Positions 13,352-27,014 of a DNA stretch of 64,000 nucleotides are shown piece by piece. Where the stretch lies: assembly GCA_951406725.2 (NCBI GenBank), contig OX597825.1, forward strand, positions 15,190,001 through 15,254,000, in the 5' to 3' direction. Positions within the stretch are counted from its first letter, which is position 1; each line of letters begins with the position of its first letter. The notes beneath the pieces are model-generated. The model was not told the origin of the DNA, searched no databases, and saw only the letters and a list, made by a program, of their open reading frames with translations. Position numbers and translations under genes: made by a program. The DNA is from Octopus vulgaris (taxonomy: Eukaryota).

Positions 13352-14541
13352 CTGACTCGTTCATTTCAAACACTCTATAAGCGGAACAGTATAATTATGC
13401 AAGACTTATTCACAGGTTTAAAATGTGACATTTTAAACCTGTTTTAGCTATCTACATTTCACTGACGGAGCTTTGTATCTGTATTAAAAACCAGCCCCTT
13501 ATTCAAAGCAAAGATTCAAATAATCAAAAACAGAATCGAACATACACACAGTTTCCGTCAGATCCGCTCAACGAGCACTAGTCCGTCCCGGGCGATAGCA
13601 GAAGCTACTTACGCAAGGTGCAGCAGCAGTTTCTATCAACATGCAGCCTGATATATGTGCTCAATATTTTAATAACAGAATGTGCTTAACATCCATGCTG
13701 AACTCGTTTTAGATATTTATTTTCTCGTTTTCCATTTTTTTTTTTTTGTAGGTCACTGTAAATATTTACACAGTGTTTGTAAAGATTATTATTAAGTCTA
13801 TTTTATTTAAATAATACAAAATTCTTCAATTAGGAAAAAGAATTCCACAAAGACATTTTGTGAAGAATGGCATTAACAGCTGTTCCATAAGTTTTCTAAT
13901 AACTATTATTTATGAAGGATTACGTTCATTTTATCATTTATATATGAATTCCAAGAACTTGATTTAACAAATGAAAAATATATATTTGCGTCTTTTATAT
14001 ATTTTCTTTGCTTAATTCTATTCTTTCTTGGCAAAATAATATTAATAGCAGAAGCATAATCGTTATTTGCTTTGCAATGATTATCCTTTAGCGACTTAAA
14101 GCTAGTTAAAAACAGCAAAGTTTGTGAAGATTATAATAAAAAAAAAACGACAATATTTAATCATTTGTATTTTTCGCATGTCCTTATTCACCAGCAAAAC
14201 AGTTGGAACAAATTATTCCTAATAACAAAGAAAAATTTTAGTGACAACGTAACAAAATTACAGTCAAAATTACAAATGCTGTCAGATGTTTAATACAGTG
14301 AGACTAATATGCATTTTCCGAATCAAGCAATTTACATGAGTGCATTTATTAACGGAATTCTACTTTTAGGCGTTAATTAATAGTATGTTCCATATATACC
14401 TTCAAACAAAAACAAAAATACTTGACACTTTTTGACAAATAACATAAACGTGGCATAAAACTGATGTATGTATACAGAAAATGCACATATACACATACGT
14501 ACATATTTACATACACACATAAGTATATACACAAATATTTT

Positions 14542-14610
14542 AGTGACGGTGGAAGATATATTCTGATGACAGTTTAATTAAGGTGAGCAAACAGAAATTT
14601 CTAAGTCACT
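14542..14610 (+). ncRNA. Candidate HHR motif with bulged stem I, in an element ending at (TA)n near 14710
   Basis: AGTGAC..CTGATGA cAGTTT..AAACA GAAA TTTCTA AGTCACT. Confidence 0.4.
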
Positions 14611-14708
14611 GCCCAACATTTCTTTGTGAAAATTCATTTGTACTTTGTCCAACATTATTAAACAAACCATCGGTTCAATGTTGATTCGTTTTTTATAACA
14701 AACATCAC

Positions 14709-14786
<78 letters not shown>

Positions 14787-14789
14787 CAT

Positions 14790-14820
<31 letters not shown>

Positions 14821-14858
14821 ACATATATATATATATATACATACACACACATATATAT

Positions 14859-14912
<54 letters not shown>

Positions 14913-14989
14913 TAAAATTCGTATATATATGTGTGTATGTGTGTGTATGTGAGTGCATGTGTGTGTGTGAGTGCATGTTTGTGTGTGTG

Positions 14990-16270
14990 TAGGATATGAT
15001 GGGTTTAGTTCACTGGTAATCTAAACGAATAGGTACGCTGCGTAAGTGCTATAATTGGTCATCCGGCCACAAGCGAAATTCCTCGTTGCGAACCTGCAGC
15101 GAACGCAACACGGGCAACGTTATGGCCTCCACAGCTATTTGTGGAGGCCATTTGGGATCCCGTGTTCAGGCTAAAGGTATTCCCTTATGGTGTTTTTCCA
15201 ACACCTCCTCCAACTCTCCGCCTCTCTAGAAGAGGACCAATAATTCGTCCTCCTGAGGAGACGAGGTAATCACTTCTACTGTCAGCGGCACAATTCTCAC
15301 CGACAGTATATCTTCCCCTGCGAGTGGCACAAACCCCAACGATGAAGTTCCGGGACATTCCGGTACTATGACACCGACTGCAGGCAATATCCCGTTTCCT
15401 CCTTCTTCCTCTTTTTTCTTCTCACCTGAGTGATGTTGCGTCTCCTCTGTAACCAGGGGATTCGCCTCCCTTCCCTCATCCCTAGCATCCTTCGGTGAGT
15501 ACCCATTGTTGCTCACCTTCTTCCTCTTGCTTCCCTTCTTTGAAGAGTCCTCAGCATCCTCGGCTGCCTTTCTTCTCTCTTCTACAGAGATCTCAAACAA
15601 CTGCTTCAGGACCTTACTTTGTTCGTAGGGACAGTTTTTCTTTCTATGGCCAGGCTCCAGGCACCGATGACACCTAGTGGGTGAACCTCAAGAATCACCG
15701 GGTACCTGCACCTGGCCATTTTCAAAAAATCTGGAAAAACCAGATTGGCTGATTGGGTCCATAGGGTCAAAACAGCTTTTGACCCAACCCAATCAGCTGC
15801 AGGAAAAACTTTCAGATGAAGGAGCTTGGCTCCGCTGCCACCCAGACACACTCGGATATTCTTCTCAATCCACTCAGGTTTTATCCCGGGTGGCAAACCG
15901 CAGACCGAAGCTCTTGTCAACTTCTTCCCATAATACGTGAGAAGAAACAAGTCGTTCAATATTCGGATGCAAATACACTCCCCCAAAACTGCAATTCTCA
16001 CAATTATTTTAAAAGTTCACAAAAAGGAACACATTTTTAGGAGGCGCGATAGGCCTCCAAGCAACAATTCTAACGTGAACCACTTTTGCTCAACTGCAGG
16101 CAGACCAGAGTTTAGAATCCAGTCAGCATCTCTTGCTTGTACAAAAATAATTACCGCAAACAACAAACCCCCACTGGACCCAGAAAACAAAAGTCTTTCC
16201 TTACAGTAGAGCTTCTTTTACAATCAATGTTCGTCCTCTGCAAGCCAGCGTGCCGACTTCGTTCACTGGT
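14990..16270 (-). mobile_element. 5' portion of a LINE (5'UTR plus ORF1, no ORF2 seen)
   Basis: GC-richer island containing the ORF1 remnant. Confidence 0.6.
15226..16001 (-). pseudogene. Frameshifted gag-like ORF1 of a non-LTR retrotransposon (L1/Tx1-like) with a CCHC zinc knuckle
   Basis: ORF 15606-16001 shifts near 15688 into a frame reading GSPTRCHRCLEPGHRKKNCP (CX2CX4HX4C at 15631-15672), which continues into ORF 15226-15600. Confidence 0.75.
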
Positions 16271-17673
16271 ACAAACAACACTGACAACACGCATGCGCAA
16301 TGGGAAGTAGGCTTCTGGGAAGGAAGTTTCTTATCACACAGCCACGCCTGCGCCCAGCCAAGGCTGGGAATAAGACATAATGAAAAGGAATGTTCGTTGA
16401 TAACTGATGGAAATATAATATCAGCGAATAAGATATACTGTGTGGTAGTATGTATGCAAACATGAATAAATGCAGTTATTTTTTACCTGTAGCAGAAGGT
16501 ATCACGTGTATTTGTTTTTTGTTTTATTTTTATTATGTTTGCAGATTTTTCTGGTTATCTGAATAGACCTACTCAGATTTGAATTTATGTAAAATTCATT
16601 TAGAAGTTTGAAGGTTTTACAAGAAAATTATTGAAGGAGTTAGATATTGACTTATTAAGGCAGTGAAAATGTTAAAATATTCCAATAAATATCGTGAAGT
16701 AAACATCTAGATTTTGAAGCCATATGTGGAGAGGTAACGAGCTAATATTTTTTCTTAGTAAATTTGTGCAGTAACTTCCTTAGAGTAAATAGTTCGTTAA
16801 ACCTATGTAAATTGCGGATATAGTTGTGTTAGAGGTTGCTGTTATATTTAAGACTATATTGATAGCTAGGCCTTTTCTTTGTATAAAAAAAACAGATCAG
16901 TAATTAATTCGAATGCAGCTGGTTGCTTTTAGCATTATACGAGGGAGAAATATCACTCAATATGTGTTAGATTTAATATAATGTACATTTATGCTTTAAT
17001 TGGGGATGGTTAAGGTGTCAAACTGGCAGAGTCGTGAAACCATTAAACAAAATGCTCAGCTCTGTGTCTTCCGACAAGTTCCTGAGTTCTAATTTCGGCG
17101 AGGTCGATTTTTTCCGTTCACAATGAAGAATTAAAAAGTAACAGTTGAATACTGGAGTAGTTGTAAGTAACAAGTGCTCCCACCCCAATAGAATACGATT
17201 GCAAGTCTGGTGCCAGAATTTGTAACACTTATGGTTCGTAAACGGGGAGAGGTTTTTACCTGCGTTTTTCTTCATTACAAAAAGTTCCAATTATTGTTGA
17301 CGTGTATGTATACATAGAGTTATATTTCTTTTAGCTTTATATATAATATAGTGAAAACCATTTAAAAAATTTAGATTCAGATGTTTTCTGTATTAAAAAT
17401 AATTTGAGATTAAAATTTTCTTAGAAGGAAGTCACAATCGAAATGAAGTTCATATACAATATTATAAAAAAAAACTTTTTTGCATAGAATTATTTATTAC
17501 CAAGGCAACATAAAAGGAATCCGGTAGATATTCTCAATCCAAAGTATGTATATAAAGGTATAATTATGTGAATATGTGCAACTGGATATGTACACACGCA
17601 CACACACACACATGCACCCACCCACACATTCATACATATATGATTGTATACATACACACACGCACACACACAT

Positions 17674-17735
<62 letters not shown>

Positions 17736-17799
17736 TCATAATTATAAGCAAGTTAGGCAAGTCGATATATAATATATTAAATACATTTAATACAAAAAT

Positions 17800-17955
17800 A
17801 ATATACATAAATAACAATTTATGTGTGTCGATCTCACTGTTATCATCTTGTTGCTTACACCAATGAACCAATCTTGACGAAACCTTGCATACATGTTAAA
17901 CTAACATTCGGTTCGATTATAGGCAAATGGGATTTCAATAAAAATCTTTAATGAG
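17800..17955 (+). mobile_element. Helitron-like non-autonomous fragment; inverted partner 19010-19160
   Basis: TGAACCAATCTTGACGAAACCTTG resembles the subterminal motif of Lep1-like Helitrons; about 75% reverse-complement match to the partner. Confidence 0.5.
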
Positions 17956-19009
17956 TCCCCTAGTGCGGTTGGACTATTATTCGATAAAATGAGGATACCG
18001 GATTGTTACTACGAGCGAAATATGGTGGTATAGTGAGTGTGGTTGATATCAGAGAAGGGGAGAACAGCGTTGTGCAAAGGAAAAATCTGGAACGGCAGTA
18101 GGATGGTAACGTTAATACAGATGTTATTCATGGATGTGCACGCGACACTGCAAACATAATTTCGTAAATACATAGATATATGCATTCACGCAAATACGCA
18201 CATGCACAACACACAAACAGATGCACATACACATAACTGACTTTTAAAACGCCGAGGAAGGGAAAGAAACGTGGGTGTGAGGAATACGTGTATATGTGTG
18301 TTTTTGTGTGTGTGTGTGTGTGTGTGTGTACGTGTGTTTGTGTGTGTGTATGTGTGCGTCACGCCCAATAAGTGTCAGTCTCGTTACTTCCCTGGTGCTT
18401 TCATATATTCTGAAATTTTAGAATTACGTCTAAATTTTCAAATTTGGCATATTAAAATAATTGTCTATATTAAATCCAATGTTGTTATTTATTTCTTCCA
18501 GATAATGCTGACAAACTTTGCTGGGGTTTCAAGTTTAATCTATTTTACCTAATCAGAAAACAGGATCTGGAAGCTGGCATTTTCTGCATGATATTTGTCT
18601 ATCACAAAATGAAAGCAAATTCATGACGAGGAGGAATTTTTATTAAATATACAAAAGCAAAACGTTACGCCAACCAAATTAGTAAGAACTATAGAATTAT
18701 GTATAAGTTTTAATAAAGCAAGTCATGTGAAACGGACGAACAGACACGTAAATAATTTAAAAAGGAAAAAGTAAACATCAACGAAGTATATGTGCGAAAA
18801 AGTACACAAAAGCGTCCGACTTATACAGAAAAGAAATTATATCAGGAACAGTTATTACTGGGTGCTTGCTGGTCTGAATAATGATTGTAAATAGATTTCA
18901 TAATTGGATAATTACAGCCTTCTTCTGTGAAAAATGTTTTACATTTTTGTCAACAACTCGAGTATAAAACCTCTTCCCTGAAGACAAAGGCCAGATGATG
19001 GAATCAATT

Positions 19010-19160
19010 TAGGATAATTTTTGTTGAAATCCAATTGGGCAATAATTAAACAGGATGTTAGTTTCATATGTATACAAAGTTTCGTCGAGATTAGTTCAGT
19101 GGTGTAGGCAACAAGATGGTAAAAGGGAGATCAACAGACAGAAATTGTTATTTATGTATA
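19010..19160 (-). mobile_element. Helitron-like fragment, inverted copy of 17800-17955
   Basis: CAAAGTTTCGTCGAGATTAGTTCAGTGGTGTAGGCAACAAGATG. Confidence 0.5.
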
Positions 19161-19239
19161 AGTTATATACATATATGAATGTATATGTATATGTACGTGT
19201 ATGTGTGTCTGCGTCTGCATCAGTGTTTGTGTGTGTAAG

Positions 19240-19306
<67 letters not shown>

Positions 19307-19334
19307 ACATATATATATGCATATATGTAAGTAA

Positions 19335-19377
<43 letters not shown>

Positions 19378-19500
19378 AACACACACACTCACACCCACAT
19401 ATATATATATATATGACAGATTGGAACGACAGATGTATTACATATTTTAAGACATTTTTTTGTATAGACCTATGTTTACGTATATGCAATATACGAAAGG

Positions 19501-19556
<56 letters not shown>

Positions 19557-20654
19557 TTTGAATGTAATTAAGTATGCATGATGAAATAAATTCGGTGCAC
19601 TGAGATGCCTTGATGTACAGCTTTCCCAGTCACAGAACTGCACCATTTGTCTATTATATATCTTATTCACTACGTACAACTAATTCAAGTGGAAATCATA
19701 CATCATTTCACAATTTCTCTTTTCCACAATCACCACAGCATGATATCTTCTTTCCTGTGTTTTATTTCTACAATGTCTATATAAAAGCCATCACATCAAA
19801 ATATTAAACTCTCTTTGTTTCAGCAGACAAAAAAAAATGTTAGTATTTACTCAATGGATGGATTATTTTAGAGTCTTTGTCTTATTTTAGTTTCGATTTA
19901 GTACTGTTTTTCAATTTTTAGCGAAGCATTTCCTTGTATTAAATCTCTTGTTTTTACCAAAAATCATTTGTTTTGTTTCCTATGTTACACATAATTTCAA
20001 TACGTTTGATGTCTTGAAATAGATTTTTTTTTTCGTTCTTCTCTCTCAATGTTATTTTACCTCCTTTCACCTCTATTATACTCAAATTTTACTATCAAAA
20101 CTTTACCCTATTTTTACTAATATTTTCCAATTTTGCCTCCAACTCATGATTATTTAAACTAACGCTTTTCTGATGTTTTCCTCTGTTGTCTTCTTTTTTT
20201 TTCCTTTTGTATCTCTTGTATCGTATTTTCTTTCCTACACGCCATTACAAACTCTTGACTTGCACTGCTAAGTTTCATTGACGCCGCTATACTTACTACA
20301 AACTCCATCATCATCGTCGTCATTGTCAATATCATTATCATCGGCGCCTTTATCGTCTTTCAATGCACCATTATTGTGATCATCCAAAAGGCAGCCACTA
20401 TAACCACCGGCTCCACTGCAACCGTTTCCCTGTCATCATCATATATTCTACCTTATGACAATCATTATACCACCCTGATATTATTTACAAACATTTGGCA
20501 AGGTCGTATATGTTTTACTTATCGATCTCAAGACGAAAATTTCTAGATATTTTTTAGCATTAATCCATTCAAACTCCGGTTGAATGAAAGCCAGTAGAAC
20601 AGATTAAACAGAAGAGACCATGAGATTGAATGACGAAGGGAAATTCCAAGATCA

Positions 20655-20825
20655 TTCAATTCAATTTTTTCAATTCAATTCAATTCAATTCAATTTTTAT
20701 TGGCTCAAAAAGCAAAAGCAAGGTCATGTAGGGGGACAGGGAGTTATGTACATGGAGGGTAGTCATACAAAGAGATCAGGCCATTTCTGGTCAAGAGAGA
20801 CTTTGAACCGAGCGATCGTCGGTTA
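20655..20825 (-). mobile_element. 3' end of a CR1-like LINE with (TTGAA)n tail
   Basis: Minus strand reads TIARFKVSLDQKWPDLFV*, then a short UTR, AATAAA and (TTGAA)n. Confidence 0.65.
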
Positions 20826-21480
20826 CAAATGTACATCGATATGCAAGCAGTAAACCTGCAGTCCAAGTAATTTATTGCGAAAAATTAGTGTGACCTTTGA
20901 CGCATAACGTAGAAGGAATATTAACTCGATAAAGTGCATGTTCGCTTCCTAAGAGAATAGTTATTATTTACATAACAAACTCTTACAATAGTTTAATACA
21001 TATTTAATTATTCCCATAAAGTAAAATTGAGTCACTACACGAATAGATTTTAAAATTTTCGGAGACAGTATTCTCACATTTAAAATGCTCTAGAAATATA
21101 TCTGTCCAATACATAACATTAATCATTTAAATGTACATATTTATGATTTATGGATTAATTATAGCCCTTACATCATTTATATGAAGAATTTCGCATTTTA
21201 TAGATTACATTAATTATATTGTTTGTTAACTGATTTTGTATTTTGAATTCAGAGATTGTGTGGCTCACTTTGCATTCTGATTCCTGAATTGTACTTTGCA
21301 TTCTGATTCCTTCAGTGTGGTTCTCCTGAAGGTGTCTAACGCAGTGGTAAGGATTTTGCTCTCACGATGATTTATAATCGTTTGAGAGTGATTTCTGGAC
21401 CGACGACGCAGTGTGTTCTTGAGCAAAACGTTTTAATTTCACGTAGTTTCAGTCTGCTACGTTGTAAATTTGTCCCAATT

Positions 21481-21771
21481 GAAGGCACGTGGCCTAGTGG
21501 ATAGAGCAGCGGACTCGCGGTCGAGGGATCGTGGGTTCGAATCTCAGACCGGGCGATGTGTGTGTTTATGAGCGAAAAACCTAAGCTCCACGCCGCTCCG
21601 GCAGAAGGTAATGGCGAACGTCTGCTAATTCCTTCGCCACAACTTTCTCTCACTCTTTCCTCCTGCATCTTGCAGCTCACCTGCGACGGACCGGCGTCCC
21701 GTTCAGGTGGGGAACCTACACGCCAAGGAAACCGGCCCTTGTGAGCCAGGCGTGGCTCGAGAAGGAACAAA
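21481..21771 (+). mobile_element. SINE family B with tail type iii, nested in an older SINE (about 21335-21900)
   Basis: tRNA-like head; tail GGCTCGAGAAGGAACAAAC; TTGTCCC repeated in both flanks. Confidence 0.8.
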
Positions 21772-23203
21772 CTTGTCCCTGAAATAGCTGGGGAATTAAC
21801 CTTGCGATGGAGTGGTGTCCTGTCAGGCAGAGTAGAATGTTGTAATCTCAATCACATATGGGCCAGGCAAACCGGCTCAAGCTTCTTATAAATCCAAGAA
21901 CTTAGGAAGCACCGGACTTAATAGTGATACTTATATTCAGTGCTCATATTTCGCATCTGGGCGGGAGATTCACCAAGAATCATCTATACAGCATTATTAT
22001 TATATTGTTAACTTTCATATTGCATTATATTATTTCCTATTATTATTATTCTGTTATCGAAAAACTAATCGGTGACATACGTAGTTACCCTACAATTACT
22101 GATGCTGTCATAATCTTTCGTAAATGACCAACCGATATTAAAATCATTTATCATTACAATGTGTCGAAGCATGCACCAAGGTGAAAATGAAAACCAATGA
22201 CCCCATACATCATATTACGTCATTGGATGGAACTCTTGCATCAGTTTCTTTTGAAATTTAAATTAATTTGCTCCCACCTCGTTTTTCATGAGGTTTCCAT
22301 TCCATAACGTGTTAGTGATTTGCTAAGTTTAGTAATTCACAATCCTAAGGAAAATACTTGCAACACATCACTAAGATTGCATTGCGGCATTCATTTCCTT
22401 GTGCGTTTCTGCATGGCTAAACTCCTGAATATATGTGTGGGCATATGAACGAATAATGGCAAACTAATCAGAATCTCTTAAAGTCCTCCGTATCCACACG
22501 CTATGAGAATCTTATATTTTTGCTCGTCTGTGGTGAGGGTAAACAGTTTTCCGTTCCCTTGTCATTCAGGTAGTTTTCTTTCTCCTCAACATGTGTGTCT
22601 CTTTCGCTCTCACACTTACTCTCTCTCGCAAACGCTTTCTCTTTTTATTTCTCTCTCTTTCACTCTCTCCTTCTATCTCTCTACCTCGCTCTCTCTGTGA
22701 GGAACAAAGGTACACTTTACGTTAAGAATATTCTTAATGGATAAACGGAAAGAAGGTACGTGAGTGAATGTGTTTATATATGCTACATACTTTGTAGGTT
22801 ATCTTTATAGTTATGTAAGTTATCTCTTAAGTTACCTCTACAGATCTTCTATAGAACTTAGAGCCATAACTGAAAGTTACAATTCGTGTCAGAATATGTC
22901 ATTGTAAACAGTGCGATCGGATATACAAAATAGGTGATCAGTACATATCCATATTTCAGGAATTTTTGCTCCTTATTTAGCGCCACATCCAACCCATCGA
23001 TTATTCTAGAACAGGTCACTCATATATCCATTGCATTTAGCTGTGTAACACAATTGGAAATACGAATTTTACGTTTTAAAAATAATCTTGGCAAATTGTA
23101 CGTAGGTAAATATTAATTACTGGTAGGGAACCGTACTTTGATATGCAGCCATAATATACAACAAAGTATTGACTTATAAAATGTTAATATATTTGGTAGT
23201 ATA

Positions 23204-23417
23204 CGGTGGCGAGCTGGCAGAAACGTTAGCACGCCGGGCGAAATGTTTAGCGGTATTACGTCTTGTCTTCACGTTCTGAGTTCAAATTCCGCCGAGGTCG
23301 ACTTCGCCTTTCTTCCTTTCGAGGTCGAAAAATTAAATTCCAGTTGCGCACCGGGGTCGTCCAAATCAACTGCCCCTCTCCCCTAAAATTTCAGGCCTTG
23401 TGCCTAGAGTAGAAAAG
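23204..23417 (+). mobile_element. SINE family A monomer with TSD
   Basis: TSD AATATA(T/A)TTGGTAGTATA at 23186-23203 and 23418-23435. Confidence 0.9.
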
Positions 23418-23910
23418 AATATAATTGGTAGTATATTATGATTGTATAATGAAATATGATCTTCTTGGCGGTACTTAGTAGGTATATACGTCCCAATTGC
23501 CTGGAACGTGTTCAATATGTAAAATTAGGGTATCCAATTGTGTTATACCATTAAATGTATTGTCTATTTAAGCAACGTGTGTTGGAGGGTTAATGAGTGT
23601 GATGTGGTGTTGTAGGAGAAGCAAGATCGCCTGGAAAATGCGCGTACACAGATTACCTATTTTCTATGTTGGACGTATTCGAATACGAAACGTCATAACT
23701 TTCATTACTAACTCTAATTTATACAGAAAGTCTGTAGTGACATATATTACGATTGTAAAACTTCACTACATCCATACTCACACACACACACACACACACA
23801 AAACACAGACATACACGCATATGTATGTATCTATCTATATTTATATATGTACGTGTATGTATAAATGTTTGTGCAGTTGTGTATATATATATATGTGTAT
23901 AACTTTATGT

Positions 23911-23962
<52 letters not shown>

Positions 23963-24671
23963 CATATATTCTTTTACTTGTTACAGTCAATTGCCTGTGG
24001 TTAAACTGGGGCACACCTAAATATACAAATATATACATATATATACATATATTCATATTTGTATGTATACATAAGTATATATATATGCATATATACACAC
24101 GCACACGCGCACGCACATGTATACTTATATATATGTAAACTATCTTACATAAATACATACATAAATACATACATGCAGGTAGATAAAGAGATAGAGAGAG
24201 AGATAGGAAGAGATACAGAGACAGACAGACAGATGCTCATATTCACATTGGCTTACATGTATCCGAAGTAAATTACATAAGGTATCGATTCCCGCTGCAT
24301 GAATATCATATCTCAGTCCTATCAGATTGATCAAATGTCTCGCATCATTAGCTTTTGAACAAATTTACAATGATAAATGAGTTTATGTGTCTGTGCAACA
24401 GTACACCCTGACAACCAGTTCTATATCATATTTTACTTCGAATTTATGATTCGTGATATATAAAATTTCTTGGGATAATATTTGTTCGATATGAACTGAG
24501 GATAAAATATACTCTAGTTGATTTATTCGGCACCAATACCCGCCTAAATCAGTGAAAAGTACCAAATGCTGACAGAGGTAATTTCTATTGTAGAAAATAG
24601 TAACTGAATCAGAGATGACAATGGCTGGTGCAAGTAGGTCTGAGTATATTACGTTTAAATGCATATGCATA

Positions 24672-25029
24672 TATATATAATTAATTATATCGGGGTAATG
24701 AAGATTTTAGAAATGTTTAATACCAGTTTCCTAGCGTATAGAAAAATTAGTGAATAGACTATATATTATTCACAAAAATACAGTGTACATTTAAACACAT
24801 TAAGAGGTATCCATCACAGGACTCCCTTACGCTAGAAGGAAGGCAAAGTCCAAACCACTGATTAGGGATAAATTCTCGAAGGGAATGAAAAATATAAAAA
24901 TAGATGGTAAATGTTTTTATTTTTTATTCCCTTCGAGAATCTATCCCTAATTAGTGATTTGGACATTAGCTGTTCCTTCTAGCGTAAGGGAGTCTATGAT
25001 GGACACCTCTTAATGTGTTTAAATGTACA
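24672..25029. mobile_element. Foldback element (arms about 24785-24899 and 24913-25029) with one-sided extension; same family as 48755-49140
   Basis: Reverse-complement arms; the extension 24672-24784 matches the reverse complement of 49030-49140. Confidence 0.8.
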
Positions 25030-25394
25030 ATTATCATAGTCTACATATACTTCGTATGATAAAAAATGAAATTAGCGACGATGTTTGTTCCCTTCATATT
25101 AAGAAAATAAAGAATTGGGCTGCTTAAATTTGGAGTGGAAAAGTGCAAAATAATTCATGCTTAAAACCCACATTTAACTTACGTTTTTTAATCAGTTCAA
25201 TCAACCACCTAAAAATAATGGAAAAAATATATAGTTGACAAAAATCAGTAAAATTCCCGATGCTTTTTGAACAGCTTGCAATATCACAACAACCGCAATT
25301 TCAAATCTGTAACAGATTGAATCATAAAATGATGCGCCTTGTATGCATTCCATCATATGTATATATATATATATCATACATATATTCTATTATC

Positions 25395-25855
25395 TTTTGT
25401 CTACTTGTTTCAGTAATCAAACAGCAGACATGCTGGAGCACCACTTTCAACAATGTAATCGAACAAATCTGCGACAGCACTTAATTTTTAAATGCTGTTC
25501 CTTTTTCTATCGGTTTCTTCCTCAAAACCGCAAAGTCACGGGGACATATATAAGCGGAAGCCAATTGTTGTGCAGCAATGGATAGACAAACACAAAGACA
25601 CACACACAAAGTCAAGCACACATAGACGGACAGACAGATAGATAGATAGATAGATAGTGAGAGAATGTGTGGGAGAGAATATATATACATATATATGTAT
25701 GTATATACGCGGCAGGCTCCCACCCAATTTCCACCTACCAAATTCATTTACAAGGCGTTGGTCAGCATGTGCTGTGGTAAAAACAAAACAAATCACTTGC
25801 CCAAGGTGCCGCTGATTGGAACGGAACCTGAAACTACGTGTTTGTTAAGTGAGCC
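25395..25855 (-). mobile_element. SINE family C, degenerate
   Basis: CACTTGCCCAAGGTGCC, ATGCTGGAGCACC and other blocks shared with 53077-53425. Confidence 0.7.
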
Positions 25856-26214
25856 TTTTAGCCTATCAACCATACCAGCACCGCTTTTCACAAGTTTGGT
25901 GAAAAATATAAAGAGTAAAAAAAAAGCAAACAAAACTTGATGGTAGAATGCGGTTTTAATATAAATATATCTTTCAAACGTGGCAGCGAAAGTATTATAT
26001 GTCAAAACTTCCTAAGACTTTTCAGTATGAGAATAATCACGTTTACTTATTGTCCATACAATATCAAACCAAATTATATTTTGAAACGTTTAAATATATC
26101 GACAAATATAAAATTGTCTTGTCTGACATAAATGTTAGGAATAATGTCAGATTTAAATATATATGCAAGCTATCCACATATTCTTTTCTACTCTAGGCAT
26201 TCTTTTCTACTGTA

Positions 26215-26431
26215 GACAGGGGGCCAGTCGATTATATTGACCCCAGTAAGCAACTGGCACTTAATTTATCGACGCCGAAAAGATGAAAGGCAAAGTCGAC
26301 GTCGACGGAATTTGAACTTAGAACACAAAGACAGACGAAATACCTATTTTTTTACTACCCACAAGGGGCTAAACACAGAGAGGACAAACAAGGACAGACA
26401 AACGGATTAAGTCGATTATATCGACCCCAGT
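26215..26431 (-). mobile_element. SINE family A (host of a nested insertion)
   Basis: Matches 32689-33062; resumes briefly at 26681-26687. Confidence 0.85.
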
Positions 26432-26665
26432 AAAGGCGGCGAGCTGGCGGAAACGTTAACACGCCGGACGAAATGCGTAGCCGTATTTCGTCTGTCGTTA
26501 CGTTCCGAGTTCAAATTCCGCCGAGGTCGACTTTGCCTTTCATCCTTTCGGGGTCGATAAATTAAGTACCAGTTACGTATTGGCGTCGATGTAATCGACA
26601 TAATCCCTTTGTCTGTCCTTGTTTGTCCCCTCTGTGTTTAGCCCCTTGTGGATAGTTAAGAAATA
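26432..26665 (+). mobile_element. SINE family A inserted antisense into a family A copy
   Basis: TSD TATATCGACCCCA(G/A)T at 26417-26431 and 26666-26680. Confidence 0.9.
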
Positions 26666-26924
26666 TATATCGACCCCAATGCGTAACAATATCATGAAAC
26701 GTTAAATGTTTAGTCATGGAGTAGGCAACTAAGTGTACAAAAAAAAATCAGTTGTCAGGAACATATATCCATACCTACTTTAGAAACAGGTAAAAAAGAA
26801 ATTGTCGTTAAACATATGTCTCCATATACAGAGAAAATATATTGTTATTACAATTATTTATACTTCAGATGTACGACCTTTTTTGCTATAAAAGCCCTAA
26901 TATACTTATACATTAAATCTATTA

Positions 26925-27014
<90 letters not shown>

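Noticed and set aside
12355-13447. Long ORFs of 280-354 aa in all frames
   Set aside because: Translations of the (CATA)n microsatellite; the same applies to the YI, poly-I/N/L and poly-F/K/R ORFs elsewhere.
13735-13815. Polypyrimidine-AG splice acceptor-like sites (also near 663, 7658, 10990, 16544)
   Set aside because: No convincing open exon with a donor or recognisable protein follows.
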